Shown here: positions 1 through 10,031 of the stretch, piece by piece
Position numbering within the stretch: position 1 is the first letter of the stretch
How the letters are laid out: every line of letters starts with the position of its first letter
Source: Saccharolobus solfataricus
GTDB taxonomy: Archaea; Thermoproteota; Thermoprotei_A; Sulfolobales; Sulfolobaceae
Assembly: GCF_900079115.1 (NCBI RefSeq)
Contig: NZ_LT549890.1
Location: 2,760,001 to 2,792,000, forward strand
Direction: 5' to 3'
Length of the DNA: 32,000 nucleotides
The notes under the pieces: model-generated
Told to the model about the DNA's origin: nothing
Database searches by the model: none
The model's input: only the letters and a program-made list of their open reading frames with translations
Translations under genes and position numbers: made by a program

Positions 1-545
1 CCCTTCATTAAGGAGTAAAGAGAGCCATGGCATGGGCAATGAAGGACTGAATTTGTCACATCTAAACCCGGATTATTCTCAGAGGTCACTAAAACTTGTG
101 CAGGGAGTTGGCAACCTAGATGTACGCAAACGTCAGAGAATGCGTATATAGAGTTATTTGGACCTACACCTTGTATGGTTTTAATTTGCCCTATTGGGCC
201 TGCATATTGTCCGTAATATGGATTTGGTATTTCTGGAACCGGTTGACCCAATAGTGCTTGTAAGTCCACTAGGAAACAAGGTTCATTAGTTAGTGGATAA
301 GCGAAAAAGTAGACTGGACACCCTGAACTTTGCGCTTGTTGCTGGATATCCTTAATATTAGCTATCCTATATTTAGGAAACCCAGATAATCCATCAGTGT
401 TATTTGCGACTAAATACTGCTTTGACATGGTGCCTATTTCATTGTAGAAGTACCCTACGTAATCTGCTAATGGTTTTATTAAGGGTGCTATTGCAACTGC
501 AGCTCCTACCACTAAATATAGTCTCAAAAATGTCCTTCTGTTCAT
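1..545 (-). CDS. soxF: Rieske [2Fe-2S] protein of the SoxM complex; N-terminal 181 codons only, C-terminus lies beyond position 1
   Basis: Not in the ORF track because it has no stop in the window; I translated it by hand. ATG is at 545-543. The N-terminus MNRRTFLRLYLVVGAAVAIAP is a Tat-like RR signal/anchor. Both Rieske cluster boxes are present (CVHLGC and CPCHGS) and there is no in-frame stop to position 1. It is divergent from soxE/soxM. Confidence 0.78.
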   Translation of the reverse strand, partial: MNRRTFLRLYLVVGAAVAIAPLIKPLADYVGYFYNEIGTMSKQYLVANNTDGLSGFPKYRIANIKDIQQQAQSSGCPVYFFAYPLTNEPCFLVDLQALLGQPVPEIPNPYYGQYAGPIGQIKTIQGVGPNNSIYAFSDVCVHLGCQLPAQVLVTSENNPGLDVTNSVLHCPCHGSLYSLMK

Positions 546-650
546 CATTCTACTATATCTTAATAAGATATTTAAGTTTTATCTTATAACATTATTAACT
601 TATGTTTACATTCTTTAATATAGAAGATGATTATGATACTCTACATAAGG

Positions 651-666
651 TTATAAATTTATAAAT
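651..666 (+). promoter_or_regulatory. Candidate TATA box for soxE (ttataaatttataaat), centred about 31 nt upstream of the ATG; implies a leaderless or very short leader transcript
   Basis: An A/T-only 16-mer at the distance expected for Sulfolobus promoters. There is no Shine-Dalgarno-like purine run before the ATG at 689. Confidence 0.4.
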
Positions 667-688
667 CAAAGTTGCATTAATTTAGCAT

Positions 689-1282
689 ATGAAAGCACAG
701 TCCTCTCTTCTGCCCGTAATCGTTGGAGTACTAGTTGCAATAGTAGCGGTGGGAGTTTCAGTTTACGCTTACTATGAATATCAAGTACTCTCAGCACCCA
801 CTTCTACAGCTACCAGTACTTCCACTTCCACCTCAAGTCAAATACCATTAAAATATGATTCCACGAATAAGACAGTATTTTTAATAATTTCTGTTCTAAC
901 TACCGGACCAACTTTTAATTTTAATGGTACTAGCAATGGGCAATTGAAAATTTATATTCCTGCGGGATGGTCAGTTTACGTGAAATTTGTGAATGAACAA
1001 TCACTACCCCACAACTTAATTCTTTTACAAAACACTACTGCGACTCCAAGTAATCCTGATGTTGGACAGTTTGGTAAAATACTATATATAGTTGGCGCTA
1101 CCACTAGCAATTATCAAACTAGTGGAATTTCAAGCGGTCAATCAGATAGTGGACTATGGGGACCGTTAAGCGCTGGAACTTACATGTTAGTTTGTGGTAT
1201 CTTAGGACATGCACAAAGCGGAATGTGGGCAGTAGTAATTGTTTCATCGAACGTGACTACTCCTTATACCACAACTAGTTAA
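689..1282 (+). CDS. soxE: Sulfocyanin, membrane-anchored type-1 blue copper protein
   Basis: N-terminal TM helix (LLPVIVGVLVAIVAVGVSVYAYY), then a Ser/Thr-rich linker (TSTATSTSTSTSS). Cupredoxin ligand set: His in LPHNLIL and C-x4-H-x4-M in CGILGHAQSGMW. Sits next to soxM. Confidence 0.85.
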   Translation: MKAQSSLLPVIVGVLVAIVAVGVSVYAYYEYQVLSAPTSTATSTSTSTSSQIPLKYDSTNKTVFLIISVLTTGPTFNFNGTSNGQLKIYIPAGWSVYVKFVNEQSLPHNLILLQNTTATPSNPDVGQFGKILYIVGATTSNYQTSGISSGQSDSGLWGPLSAGTYMLVCGILGHAQSGMWAVVIVSSNVTTPYTTTS

Positions 1283-1307
1283 GCAGATTAAAGATAAGAA
1301 CCATATA

Positions 1308-1313
1308 TTTTTT
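1308..1313 (+). terminator. T6 tract 26 nt after the soxE stop, a possible archaeal oligo-T terminator
   Basis: tttttt lies inside atatattttttatttaat. An A/T-rich TATA-like block follows (aaagatttaaaaaataaaatttt) ahead of soxM, suggesting soxM can have its own promoter. Confidence 0.3.
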
Positions 1314-1398
1314 ATTTAATCATTTAAGTAACCCTAAATTCATTAGGTTTACTGGCTTTTAATAGAAAGATTTAAAAAATAAAATTTTAACACTTAAT

Positions 1399-3771
1399 AT
1401 GATGAACATAAAAAGAGTTTTAAAAGTAGCGTTATTCACAACAAGTGCAAGCGATATTGGACAAATGTATATAACGCTAGGTATAATTGCACTATTGGCT
1501 GGGGCAGTAAATGCAGCGCTAATAAGATATCAGCTAACTTACCAAAGTTTAAGTGCGGTAGACTATTATAATGCAGTATCATTGCATGGCATCTTCATGA
1601 TATTCTTCATGGTAATGCCCATTTCGGTAGGTTTCGCAAACTATCTAATACCTAGGATGATAGGAGCTCATGATTTATATTGGCCTAGAATTAATTCCTT
1701 TTCCTTTTGGATTTTAGTTCCATCTGTCTTCCTAGGACTTATAGCTCCTTGGTTTGGACCCGTTAATACTGGTTGGTACATGTACGCACCACTATCTGTA
1801 GAGACTTCAGTAAATTATGGACTTGGTACCACATTGGTTGAAATAGCTCTTATACTGTCTGGTATTTCATCTACATTAACTGGAGTAAACTTCCTAATGA
1901 CTATAATAAAATTAAAGAAAATACCATACTTTAAAATGTCCCTATTTACATGGTCTTTCTTCGCCACATCAATCTTACTAGTGGTCGCAATGCCACCATT
2001 AACTGCGGGACTAGTTTTCGCTTATTTAGAAAGATTATGGAATTTGCCATTCTTTGATGCGTCGTTAGGTGGATCTCCAGTACTATGGCAAAACCTGTTC
2101 TGGTTCTTTGGACATCCAGAAGTCTACATATTAATTTTACCCGCAATGGGTCTAGTTGGTGAAATTCTACCCCGAATGGTGGGTAGGCAGATTTACGGTT
2201 ACAAGGCATTAGCATTATCGTCAATGGCCATAGCATTTCTAAGTGTACTAGGAGTATGGATGCATCACATGTTCACAGCTATTGACAATACGGTAGCCCA
2301 AATAGTATCATCGGCTACCACGATGGCAATTGCAGTGCCCTCTGGAGTGAAGGTATTTAACTGGACTGCGACCTTATATGGAGGTGAGATAAGATATAAG
2401 GCACCCACGATTTTAGTAATATCCTTTATAGCCATATTCTTGGTTGGAGGAATTACTGGAGTATTCTTTCCGTTAGTACCGCTAGATTACGCATTCAATG
2501 GTACCTATTTAGTGGTAGGACATTTCCATTACATGGTGTTTGCAATACTCTTTGCGTTATTAGCTGGTTTGATTTATTACTTCCCGTACTTTACTGGTAA
2601 GTGGTATCACGATGATATAGTGAAAAGCGGAACTATAATGATAGTGGCTGGTGCATTTCTAATAGCTACTGGCATGATTATTGATGGAGTCCTAGGAATG
2701 CCCAGAAGATATGCTTCAGTTCCTTCACCAATTTACATACCATTCCAAGATATGATTGATGTCGGAGGAGTGTTAATGGGAATAGGCCTACTAATGGCTT
2801 TTGGTGATTTGTTGTACTCATGGATAAAGGGAAAGGCTGTAGAAACTGTAGATCCCTGGAACGCTATACAGATAGGTCAACCAGATTTCTATATAAAACC
2901 GGTTAAACTACCGTTAAGTTTTGGTAAATCATTGGATGGTAGTTTTGATGAAGAATATCATGGAGTGAGCTTTCCATATTACAGCATACTTGGAATAATG
3001 CTTTCATTTGTGCCCCTAGGTTTCATGTTTGGGTTCATTAACTTAATGCCAGTAGGTATATTATTCCTACTAGCGTTTATGGGTGTTGGCGTGTATTGGG
3101 CATATGATCAGTGGTTTAAACAAATACCTCCACCAATGCAACTTGATGGAGGTTCACCAGTTTCCGCTGGTAGTGTAAATAATGGATTAGCATTAACACC
3201 GTCACTAGGAACTATTATAATGAGAGATGCGAGGTCGGCGGTTTTATGGTTCATATTAGCTGAGATATGTCTTTTCGGATCCTTTATAGGAGGGTATATG
3301 TTTGTAGCTAGCCCTATTACTAATCCCATAGCATATGCTAATGTACCACCATTAAAAGTTGAATATTTCCCACTACCGGTAATAATGACAATTATATTAC
3401 TTTCAAGCTCGATACCAGCACATTTAGCATATGAGGAGTTCAAGAAAGGGAATATGAAAATGTTCAAGGCATTAGGTATACTAACTGCGGTTATGGGATT
3501 CACATTCCTAATGGGACAAGTTTACGAGTTTACGCATGTCATACAATTTACTCCACAACAATCAGCATTTACTGCGTTCTTCTTTAGTACGGTAAGTCTA
3601 CACGGATTTCACGTGATTATGGGACTGGTAGTGTGGGCGTTCGTACTATTAAGGGCTTATAAGGGAGTGACACCTTATGGAGGTTCAGTTGCTGCAACGT
3701 ATTATTGGCACTTCGTAGACGCCATATGGGTTGTAGTTTTCAGTACGTTCTATCTCCATCTCTTCGTATAA
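1399..3771 (+). CDS. soxM: Quinol oxidase SoxM, heme-copper oxidase subunit I fused to subunit III
   Basis: Subunit I signatures: [14 protein letters not shown] (low-spin heme His), [14 protein letters not shown] (CuB His-Tyr), WMHHMFT (CuB His pair), VVGHFHYMV (heme His). The C-terminal ~200 aa carry the subunit III signature [13 protein letters not shown]. The 790-aa length fits the known I+III fusion. Confidence 0.92.
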   Translation: MMNIKRVLKVALFTTSASDIGQMYITLGIIALLAGAVNAALIRYQLTYQSLSAVDYYNAVSLHGIFMIFFMVMPISVGFANYLIPRMIGAHDLYWPRINSFSFWILVPSVFLGLIAPWFGPVNTGWYMYAPLSVETSVNYGLGTTLVEIALILSGISSTLTGVNFLMTIIKLKKIPYFKMSLFTWSFFATSILLVVAMPPLTAGLVFAYLERLWNLPFFDASLGGSPVLWQNLFWFFGHPEVYILILPAMGLVGEILPRMVGRQIYGYKALALSSMAIAFLSVLGVWMHHMFTAIDNTVAQIVSSATTMAIAVPSGVKVFNWTATLYGGEIRYKAPTILVISFIAIFLVGGITGVFFPLVPLDYAFNGTYLVVGHFHYMVFAILFALLAGLIYYFPYFTGKWYHDDIVKSGTIMIVAGAFLIATGMIIDGVLGMPRRYASVPSPIYIPFQDMIDVGGVLMGIGLLMAFGDLLYSWIKGKAVETVDPWNAIQIGQPDFYIKPVKLPLSFGKSLDGSFDEEYHGVSFPYYSILGIMLSFVPLGFMFGFINLMPVGILFLLAFMGVGVYWAYDQWFKQIPPPMQLDGGSPVSAGSVNNGLALTPSLGTIIMRDARSAVLWFILAEICLFGSFIGGYMFVASPITNPIAYANVPPLKVEYFPLPVIMTIILLSSSIPAHLAYEEFKKGNMKMFKALGILTAVMGFTFLMGQVYEFTHVIQFTPQQSAFTAFFFSTVSLHGFHVIMGLVVWAFVLLRAYKGVTPYGGSVAATYYWHFVDAIWVVVFSTFYLHLFV

Positions 3772-3780
3772 GGTGAAAAA

Positions 3781-4383
3781 GTGAATAATTATTTTTTTAT
3801 AACTATTCTAATGTTCTGTATCTTTCTTATTGCGATATCCGTTAATCCATTTACGGAAGAGTACATGTTCGTTAATCCAATACCTTATATGTTAGCCCAT
3901 TATTCACTTTTTGGAGCGGGTATTCTTATCTCATATTATCTCGTTAAGAGAAAAATTGTAGACAAACATATAGGATTTCCAGTCGGAGCTTCAATTGCTT
4001 TCCTATGGCACTACCCATTTTTCTTTAATTTAGGTGCTGAAATCCTATCAGTAAGATTGATAGAGGAGATTACTTTATTGGTTGGGGGTCTAATTATAGG
4101 TTCCTCTCTTAAGGAACTTAATAGAAGCTTTAAGGTACTTCTTTTAGCTTTATGGATGATAGGCGATAGTTTACTTTCTTTAATATTAATGATAAGCCCA
4201 TCGCTTTATACTACTCTATATGCCCCTAAGGAATTAGAGTATCTAGGTATAATCATGTTCCTTATGATGAACTTAATTGCAGTCTACATACTGCTAAACT
4301 ACATAAATAATTTGTTAAGAGATGAGGAGAATGTTGTTAATAAAGACTATGAAAGAAATTCCTATCCCAAGAATGATCACTAA
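3781..4383 (+). CDS. Polytopic membrane protein of unknown function, probably co-transcribed with soxM
   Basis: GTG start 9 nt after the soxM stop, preceded by ggtga (SD-like, typical of internal operon genes in Sulfolobus). About 5-6 hydrophobic helices and a hydrophilic C-terminal tail. I see no family motif. Confidence 0.6.
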   Translation: MNNYFFITILMFCIFLIAISVNPFTEEYMFVNPIPYMLAHYSLFGAGILISYYLVKRKIVDKHIGFPVGASIAFLWHYPFFFNLGAEILSVRLIEEITLLVGGLIIGSSLKELNRSFKVLLLALWMIGDSLLSLILMISPSLYTTLYAPKELEYLGIIMFLMMNLIAVYILLNYINNLLRDEENVVNKDYERNSYPKNDH

Positions 4384-4596
4384 ATCTAGTTTAGTATACT
4401 TATAGAGAAGATAGATTAGACCTAATATTCCTATTTTAATGAGAAGAAATATTGCAATAAAGACTGGAAATGGTAATGAGGAGTATAATGCGTTTATTAA
4501 TGGGTTGCTCTCTACAAGACCCCTAGATAATCCCAGTGCTGTAGTTATAACGTCAAGCATCAAAAGAGTTGTTAACGGAACTAAAAGTGTTTTCAT
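4315..4596 (-). CDS. Small membrane protein, DUF5658-like
   Basis: 93 aa with three hydrophobic segments. The N-terminal pattern LLMLDVITTALGLSRGLVESNPLINAL resembles the D-x2-TT-x2-GL-x2-G-x-E-x-NP signature I associate with DUF5658. Its 3' end overlaps the previous gene by 69 bp. Confidence 0.5.
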   Translation of the reverse strand: MKTLLVPLTTLLMLDVITTALGLSRGLVESNPLINALYSSLPFPVFIAIFLLIKIGILGLIYLLYKYTKLDLVIILGIGISFIVFINNILLIS

Positions 4597-4644
4597 AAGA
4601 TAATATTTTAACTTTTACTTAAAAAGACGATATATAAATTTATA

Positions 4645-4670
4645 TGCACTTGTGTGCAATTGTGTGCAAT
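4645..4670. promoter_or_regulatory. Operator-like repeat TGCAC-N4-GTGCA-N5-GTGCA, including the perfect tandem 10-mer tgtgtgcaat x2 at 4651-4670
   Basis: Read directly: atgcacttgtgtgcaattgtgtgcaatcg. It lies in the 122-bp divergent control region between 4596 (-) and 4719 (+), between two TATA-like blocks (4631-4645 and 4686-4699). Confidence 0.4.
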
Positions 4671-4718
4671 CGTATTTTGAGAAATTATTTTTAATAAGGG
4701 GGAGTATGATATTATATT

Positions 4719-5126
4719 ATGAGCTTAGAGGATCAAGTGCTAAAGTTCCTTACTGACATCTCGAGAAAGGAGGAGGAAATCGAATACTTAATAGTTAATA
4801 TGTTTAAACCCCAACTTGAGAGTAAAGGAGTTAACCTAGCTAGTATAAAGAGGGAGTTTTTAGTAGATGATAAAGGTATTTTAAGAATAGGGTACGTATT
4901 ACCCATTATGTATTATGATCAAGGGGAAGAGATTTATTTGTTTTTGGCTAAAAATTACGCAGACTACTCCACTTTAGAACAACTGTTAATTAGAGAAAAG
5001 ATTCTAGAAAATAAATTCTCTAAGAAAGTAAGAAGTTTTCTGATAGCGTTCGCAATCCCCAAAAAGTATTACGATATGGCCTTAAAATTGGGTATAGAGG
5101 TGATAAGTGAAAAAATTTTAGGTTAG
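4719..5126 (+). CDS. Hypothetical protein (135 aa)
   Basis: Clean ATG ORF with a TATA-like ttatttttaataag 20-33 nt upstream. No confident motif. The strand/helix pattern (VDDKGILRIGYVL, EIYLFLAK, SFLIAFAI, ALKLGIEVI) is vaguely restriction-endonuclease-fold-like, but a canonical D-(D/E)xK is not evident. Confidence 0.5.
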   Translation: MSLEDQVLKFLTDISRKEEEIEYLIVNMFKPQLESKGVNLASIKREFLVDDKGILRIGYVLPIMYYDQGEEIYLFLAKNYADYSTLEQLLIREKILENKFSKKVRSFLIAFAIPKKYYDMALKLGIEVISEKILG

Positions 5127-6085
5127 ATAGAATTCAAATATCTTGCTAACTGAGATAAATATTCCTTAAATATTTGAAAGTCATTTATCCTGTTTTCAAT
5201 CCTAATTTTGAATGCCTCGTTATAGATATCATATAGTTGAGGATTCCCAACCCTATATGCTACAGATCTTATTACGTTATCTTGATCTTCTTTGGATAGA
5301 GTAGGCATTCCCAATTTGTTACCAACTGCTGTAATCAAGTAAAAGATGGCTTCCCAATAATATCTCATAGCCTCAGATAAGTTGCCCTGAGTTTCATAAT
5401 AACTTGCTGTATTCCAGCTCTGATTGTACCTAGCTAAATAGTCAGCATAAGTTTGCAGTTGAACTATGTTTTGCTGTTTAGGAGCTACCGGGGCTCTCAC
5501 TTTAATGTAATTTTCAGCTCTCCTTTGTAAGAATTCGTAAAGGAAGTATAGGAATACAAACGCGGGTATCGAATATAGCCATAATATGTAAGGGTTACTT
5601 ACGTAAAACTCCCCAGATTCCACTAAAGCTGCCAAAAATAGTTCTATTGGAACCATTATAAGGGTTAACAATCCTCTTATCCACTCCCTAGGTCTAATTA
5701 TGATGTATAACCCACTAGAGGCAGCTATGGCATAGGAGGGTAGTTCAAGCCACGAGTGTGGTAAGGTCATTAAACCTAACGCAGATAAAATTCCAGGGAC
5801 GTTAAGACTTGCTGAGAACGCACTCAAAACAGCTCCCGTAGAATATATACTTATTGCCAATATGATCATTCCCACAGCAGGTATGAAGTCTAGTAACCCA
5901 ACTCTCACGTTATTAGCAAATATCATTAATACCTTACCAAAATAAGACTGATTCAACACTTGATTTTCCGTACTATTGAATTGTGAAACTAGAATTGGAT
6001 TATTCTGAGGTATGGCAGAAGCTATTAGAAATAATACTACCTCAAATACGAAAACTATCAAGATAAGCTTTGTTAAAACTCTCAT
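5123..6085 (-). CDS. Membrane protein: SpoIIM/DUF95-type integral membrane domain fused to a C-terminal PaREP1/HEPN-like helical domain
   Basis: The N-terminal ~190 aa show SpoIIM-family patterns (FANNVRVGLLDFIPAVG, LPHSWLELPSYAIAASSGL). The C-terminal ~120 aa (TQGNLSEAMRYYWEAIFYLITAVGNKLG...NPQLYDIYNEAFKIRIEN) follow the helix pattern I recall for archaeal PaREP1 proteins. Confidence 0.6.
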   Translation of the reverse strand: MRVLTKLILIVFVFEVVLFLIASAIPQNNPILVSQFNSTENQVLNQSYFGKVLMIFANNVRVGLLDFIPAVGMIILAISIYSTGAVLSAFSASLNVPGILSALGLMTLPHSWLELPSYAIAASSGLYIIIRPREWIRGLLTLIMVPIELFLAALVESGEFYVSNPYILWLYSIPAFVFLYFLYEFLQRRAENYIKVRAPVAPKQQNIVQLQTYADYLARYNQSWNTASYYETQGNLSEAMRYYWEAIFYLITAVGNKLGMPTLSKEDQDNVIRSVAYRVGNPQLYDIYNEAFKIRIENRINDFQIFKEYLSQLARYLNSI

Positions 6086-6130
6086 TAAGGTTAATTATGA
6101 TCTTGATATTTAAATTACTTTTCCTAAGAG

Positions 6131-7231
6131 TTATCTTTCTACAATTCTTTTAATATTCTCATGAAATGGCGGATATATTATTCCCTTTTCAGTTATTATC
6201 CCAGCAATATATTTAGGTGGAGTAACATCAAATACAGGATTATATACATTTACGTTTTCTGGAGCTATTGGTATTCCCCTAATTGTCCTAACTTCATTAG
6301 GATCCCTCTCCTCGATCTTAATTTCGTTAACGTTGCTCTTTAAATCGAAACTTGAAGTCGGGGCTAATGCGTAAAACGGTATCCCTAATTCGTGAGCTAT
6401 GACAGCTTCCTTATATGTTCCTATTTTATTGAAAACATGCCCATCTCTTAATATCCTATCAGCCCCAACCATGACGCTATTAACCATTCCTCGATACATT
6501 ACCAAACCAACTGCAGTGTCGGTAATCAATGTGACTTTTATTCCTTCCTCCATTAATTCGTAAACGGTTAACCTACTACCTTGTAACCAAGGTCTAGTCT
6601 CTGGAGCGATAACTGAGACGTTCATCCCTAAGGCTTTAGCCAATTTCACTGGAGACAATGCAGTCCCCAACCCAGTACCAGTCGCCAAACCACCAGCATT
6701 ACACTGCGTCAGTACTGTATCACTGTCGTTTAATTTCTCTAAACCGTAAAGTCCCATTTGTATTTCAGCGTCATATTCCTCATCAAAAATCCTCTTAGCC
6801 TCAACTTTCATAAGGTCTATTAGCTCATTTATGGTCTTAGCGTTACCGTTTTCCACTGCATTTTTAGCTAAAGTTAACATTCTTGAAGTCGCCCAAACCA
6901 AATTAACAGCTGTAGGTCTAGCTGAATCCAATATGGCTTTAGCCCTAGTCAATTCTCTAATAGCCTCATCTAATGTCTTTACATTCTTGTTACTAGTTAA
7001 CGCCAATACCATTCCGTACCCGGCAGTAATTCCTATTGCTGGAGCACCTCTAACTTGCATGTTCTTTATGGCTAATGCTGTACTATCAACGTCCTTTAAA
7101 TCTACGTAGACCTTTTGGAATGGTAATAACGATTGATCCAGGATTGTCAAAGTATTATTTTCGTCCTTCCAAATTATAGGTAGTAACTTTGGTTTATAAA
7201 CCTCTTTAACTTCCTTAACTGTTAGCTTCAT
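6131..7231 (-). CDS. mtnA: Methylthioribose-1-phosphate isomerase / ribose-1,5-bisphosphate isomerase family (eIF-2B-related)
   Basis: [14 protein letters not shown]; [18 protein letters not shown] (catalytic Cys context); [19 protein letters not shown] (catalytic Asp context). The 366-aa length is typical of MtnA-type rather than aIF-2B-type members. Confidence 0.8.
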   Translation of the reverse strand: MKLTVKEVKEVYKPKLLPIIWKDENNTLTILDQSLLPFQKVYVDLKDVDSTALAIKNMQVRGAPAIGITAGYGMVLALTSNKNVKTLDEAIRELTRAKAILDSARPTAVNLVWATSRMLTLAKNAVENGNAKTINELIDLMKVEAKRIFDEEYDAEIQMGLYGLEKLNDSDTVLTQCNAGGLATGTGLGTALSPVKLAKALGMNVSVIAPETRPWLQGSRLTVYELMEEGIKVTLITDTAVGLVMYRGMVNSVMVGADRILRDGHVFNKIGTYKEAVIAHELGIPFYALAPTSSFDLKSNVNEIKIEERDPNEVRTIRGIPIAPENVNVYNPVFDVTPPKYIAGIITEKGIIYPPFHENIKRIVER

Positions 7232-7283
7232 ATGATATAATGAAAAAAGGAAGATTTAAAGCTTAGGGAAGGAAGATGGGTAC

Positions 7284-8246
7284 ATGAACTTAACTATTAT
7301 TGAATTTGAGAGTAACGTTTTGAGAGATAATCCCTTAAATGATCCGTATAAGAGAAGAGTGGGAATAATTTACCCTAAAGACTATGAGGGGAGACCAATA
7401 TTGATTTACCTTAGCGGTTACCTCTCTTCTTCACTAACCCAAATTAATTATAACCCATTGGGAGAGGACATGGTGAGTAAGGTTGAGAGATTGAGTAACG
7501 AGGGGAAAATGAAAGGTTCAGTAATAGTTCTTCCAGATATGTTCACTAAGGTTGGTGGAAATCAGTACATAAATTCCTCAGCAGTTGGAATGTATGAGGA
7601 CTTTCTGGTAAAGGAATTAATACCATTCTTAAAGGATAAGTTCAAGAGCGATAAGATAGGAATATTTGGACACTCCTCAGGAGGATATGGTGCACTTATA
7701 TTAGGAATGAAATACCCTAATACTATTAAGGCCATAGCTGACCACGCTGGTGACGCATATTTCGAGTACGTCTACTTACCTACATTTCCTAGGGCAATTG
7801 AGCAGTTAAGGAGATTTAAGACTCCAGAGGAATGGTTAGAAAATTATTGGAAGAAGGAAAATAAACAGCATAGGGAAGATTTAAATACGTTGAACGTGGT
7901 CGGCATGTCAGCATTTTATTCTCCAAATAATGAAAAAATTGAGTTGCCCTTCGATCTGGAAACTGGGGAAATATTGGAAGATGTTTGGAAGAAATGGTTA
8001 GAGAAAGACCCAGTGAGAATGGTTGACAAATACGCTGATAATTTGAAAATGCTTAAGTTCATATTTATAGATGTAGGCAAAAAGGACGAGTTCAATATAC
8101 AGTATGGGAGTAGGACTTTACACAAGAAATTGCAAAAATATGGGATAAATCACTATTACGAGGAGTTTAATGATGGCCATCTCCACACTAACTATAGATA
8201 TGATATATCATTAAGCCTTCTTGAAAAGAAACTAACGTCGGAATAG
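7284..8246 (+). CDS. Serine esterase, alpha/beta hydrolase of the putative-esterase / esterase D-like family
   Basis: Nucleophile elbow [13 protein letters not shown] (GxSxG); downstream Asp and His candidates ([14 protein letters not shown]) complete a triad. Confidence 0.72.
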   Translation: MNLTIIEFESNVLRDNPLNDPYKRRVGIIYPKDYEGRPILIYLSGYLSSSLTQINYNPLGEDMVSKVERLSNEGKMKGSVIVLPDMFTKVGGNQYINSSAVGMYEDFLVKELIPFLKDKFKSDKIGIFGHSSGGYGALILGMKYPNTIKAIADHAGDAYFEYVYLPTFPRAIEQLRRFKTPEEWLENYWKKENKQHREDLNTLNVVGMSAFYSPNNEKIELPFDLETGEILEDVWKKWLEKDPVRMVDKYADNLKMLKFIFIDVGKKDEFNIQYGSRTLHKKLQKYGINHYYEEFNDGHLHTNYRYDISLSLLEKKLTSE

Positions 8247-8597
8247 CCTTTCTTTAATCGCCAAAAAGCTAGAATATGTAACTTCCCACTTGCTTACTGA
8301 ATGAAAACTATATGTATATATACTATCACCGATATTTCCTACTAACATTCTAACATTAGCTTTCTTTAAAATGGAATAAGATGGATAGCAGAGAGATCCA
8401 TGAGCAGCGATTACCATTTCGGCTCTTAACCTTACACATTCTTTAGCTACTAACGGTCTTTTAGTGGAAGAGTTTAACGCTGGATTCTCCTCCTTATATA
8501 GAATCTCCTTATTTTTATCGGTAAATAATACTATGAATTTCCCTCTAGAGAATAAGTCTAATCTGTTTGAATCATCTACAACAGTACATATTATCAT
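8232..8597 (-). CDS. NifB/NifX/NifY-like (dinitrogenase FeMo-cofactor-binding fold) small protein
   Basis: The pattern [32 protein letters not shown]...[26 protein letters not shown] follows the NifX-like domain layout. The ORF is open up to an ATG at 8642. I prefer the ATG at 8597 because a TATA-like gtataataaaaag (8615-8627) sits 18-30 nt upstream of it. Confidence 0.45.
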   Translation of the reverse strand: MIICTVVDDSNRLDLFSRGKFIVLFTDKNKEILYKEENPALNSSTKRPLVAKECVRLRAEMVIAAHGSLCYPSYSILKKANVRMLVGNIGDSIYTYSFHSVSKWEVTYSSFLAIKERLFRR

Positions 8598-8781
8598 AAG
8601 AATTTTAATAACTTGTATAATAAAAAGTTTAATCCTAACCATGCTTAGTTGATCTGTTGAATATTTTCCACTAAGTCACTATTATCTATCTTTCAACTAA
8701 CCTCAAGATGTACAACTTATGTTTATGATGTTTTTTAACTTTTTGTGAAAATTCAACGAGTCCACAAAGCTTCCTAATCGT

Positions 8782-9693
8782 TCATATAATCTTGTAATAT
8801 TTTGCCATTTCCTTAAACGTCTCAATCCTTACATCCTCTGGAATGTAATTTAATTCCCTTTCGGCCTTCTTGTAGGAATATACTAACTCCCGTGAAAGGA
8901 CATCATAGGCCATTTTTAGCATCTCGTGTGAAGATTTGAAAGGCTCTATGAGCTTTACGCTAAATGGGAGCCATGACCTTATTTCCCTATTTATGGCTTT
9001 TACTGCATCAGAGAAAAGACTTGTCAAGTTAGCGGGTTCCTTATCAGTAATGTAAAAATAATCGCTCCTCTTATATTTGCAAGCTAATTCTATTGCCTTG
9101 GAAGTATTTCTGGTTGAGACTACGCTAAACATATTATCATTTTTTAGACCAATACCATGAGAAACTAACCACATGAAAGCCCTCCACATAAGGATTCTAC
9201 TATAGGGGCCATAAACTATTGGAAACCTAAGTATTACATAATTGGGGAATTTAGATATGTTCCTTTCCCCTTCAAGCTTCGTAATTCCATGAAGCGTATT
9301 TGGCTTTAAACCTTCCCCATGAGGACTCTCTTCAGCTATAGGTCTCTCTTTACTTTCGATATTTTCAGACACTCCTATACTGCTTATATATACGAACTTA
9401 CCGGAATTAACTTGAAAGAACTTCCTTCCTATTTCAGTAGGGAATTGTACTTGTAAGTATTCAAATTCTCTAGGATCCTTAGTCCACATTGCGCCTATGA
9501 AGTAAACTAAACAATCAATGTCTTTCAAATAATTATCATAAGAGAAAACTATATTTGCACCAATGTTTTGTAAGGCTTTTGTGTAATCGTTCATGCTCCT
9601 AGCGTAAACTAGTACATCATGTCCCTTACTTATGGCATATCTTACGAAATTGCTACCAACGAATCCCGTACCGCCAAATGTTAAGATTTTCAT
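8782..9693 (-). CDS. NAD(P)-dependent epimerase/dehydratase-family protein (extended, atypical SDR)
   Basis: N-terminal Rossmann motif MKILTFGGTGFVGSNF. The expected YxxxK position reads HGITK (LHGITKLEGE), so the catalytic Tyr appears replaced by His. Confidence 0.75.
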   Translation of the reverse strand: MKILTFGGTGFVGSNFVRYAISKGHDVLVYARSMNDYTKALQNIGANIVFSYDNYLKDIDCLVYFIGAMWTKDPREFEYLQVQFPTEIGRKFFQVNSGKFVYISSIGVSENIESKERPIAEESPHGEGLKPNTLHGITKLEGERNISKFPNYVILRFPIVYGPYSRILMWRAFMWLVSHGIGLKNDNMFSVVSTRNTSKAIELACKYKRSDYFYITDKEPANLTSLFSDAVKAINREIRSWLPFSVKLIEPFKSSHEMLKMAYDVLSRELVYSYKKAERELNYIPEDVRIETFKEMAKYYKII

Positions 9694-9773
9694 ATTAACA
9701 TTTTTGCAAAAAAGTATAAAAAGATGTCATTTAGCACTTTTGCTTAAAAAGTATCCTAATAAACTAACATGTT

Positions 9774-9986
9774 GTGAACTATTCAAAATTTTGGGCAAGG
9801 TTTAAGGAATGGGCTTTGACCACAAACGATGAAGTTATCTTACCTCATAAGCTGAGAAAGATAGTTGAAATAATCAAACGAAATCCCGATATAACCTTAG
9901 TTAGACTTGCGGGATATTTAGATACTGATGCTCTATACTTAGCTAGATATTTACGTAACAGCTATAAGAATATCGTAGAAACCTAA
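9774..9986 (+). CDS. Small hypothetical protein (70 aa), possibly a winged-helix DNA binder
   Basis: GTG start with a TATA-like ttaaaaagtatcc 18-30 nt upstream. The segment KIVEIIKRNPDITLVRLAGYLDTDALYLARYL looks HTH-like. Weak evidence. Confidence 0.4.
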   Translation: MNYSKFWARFKEWALTTNDEVILPHKLRKIVEIIKRNPDITLVRLAGYLDTDALYLARYLRNSYKNIVET

Positions 9987-10031
9987 TCTATAAGCTTAAC
10001 ATTTTTTTATTCTGTTATCGATTTCAACTAT

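Noticed and set aside
404-589. 61-aa plus-strand ORF from the track
   Set aside because: It lies antisense to the 5' part of the Rieske gene, whose Tat-like signal and cluster-binding boxes read clearly on the minus strand. Its Leu/Arg-rich composition is typical of a shadow frame.
1946-3503. Minus-strand ORFs 1946-2236 (96 aa) and 3108-3503 (131 aa)
   Set aside because: Both are fully embedded antisense in soxM, which has unambiguous heme-copper oxidase motifs. They are shadow ORFs.
9702-9754. Imperfect 16-nt direct repeat ttttgc(a/tt)aaaaagtat in the divergent spacer between the epimerase-like gene and the 70-aa ORF
   Set aside because: Both copies are essentially A/T-rich TATA/BRE-like promoter sequence at the expected distance from the two divergent starts. 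The similarity is explained by promoter composition.
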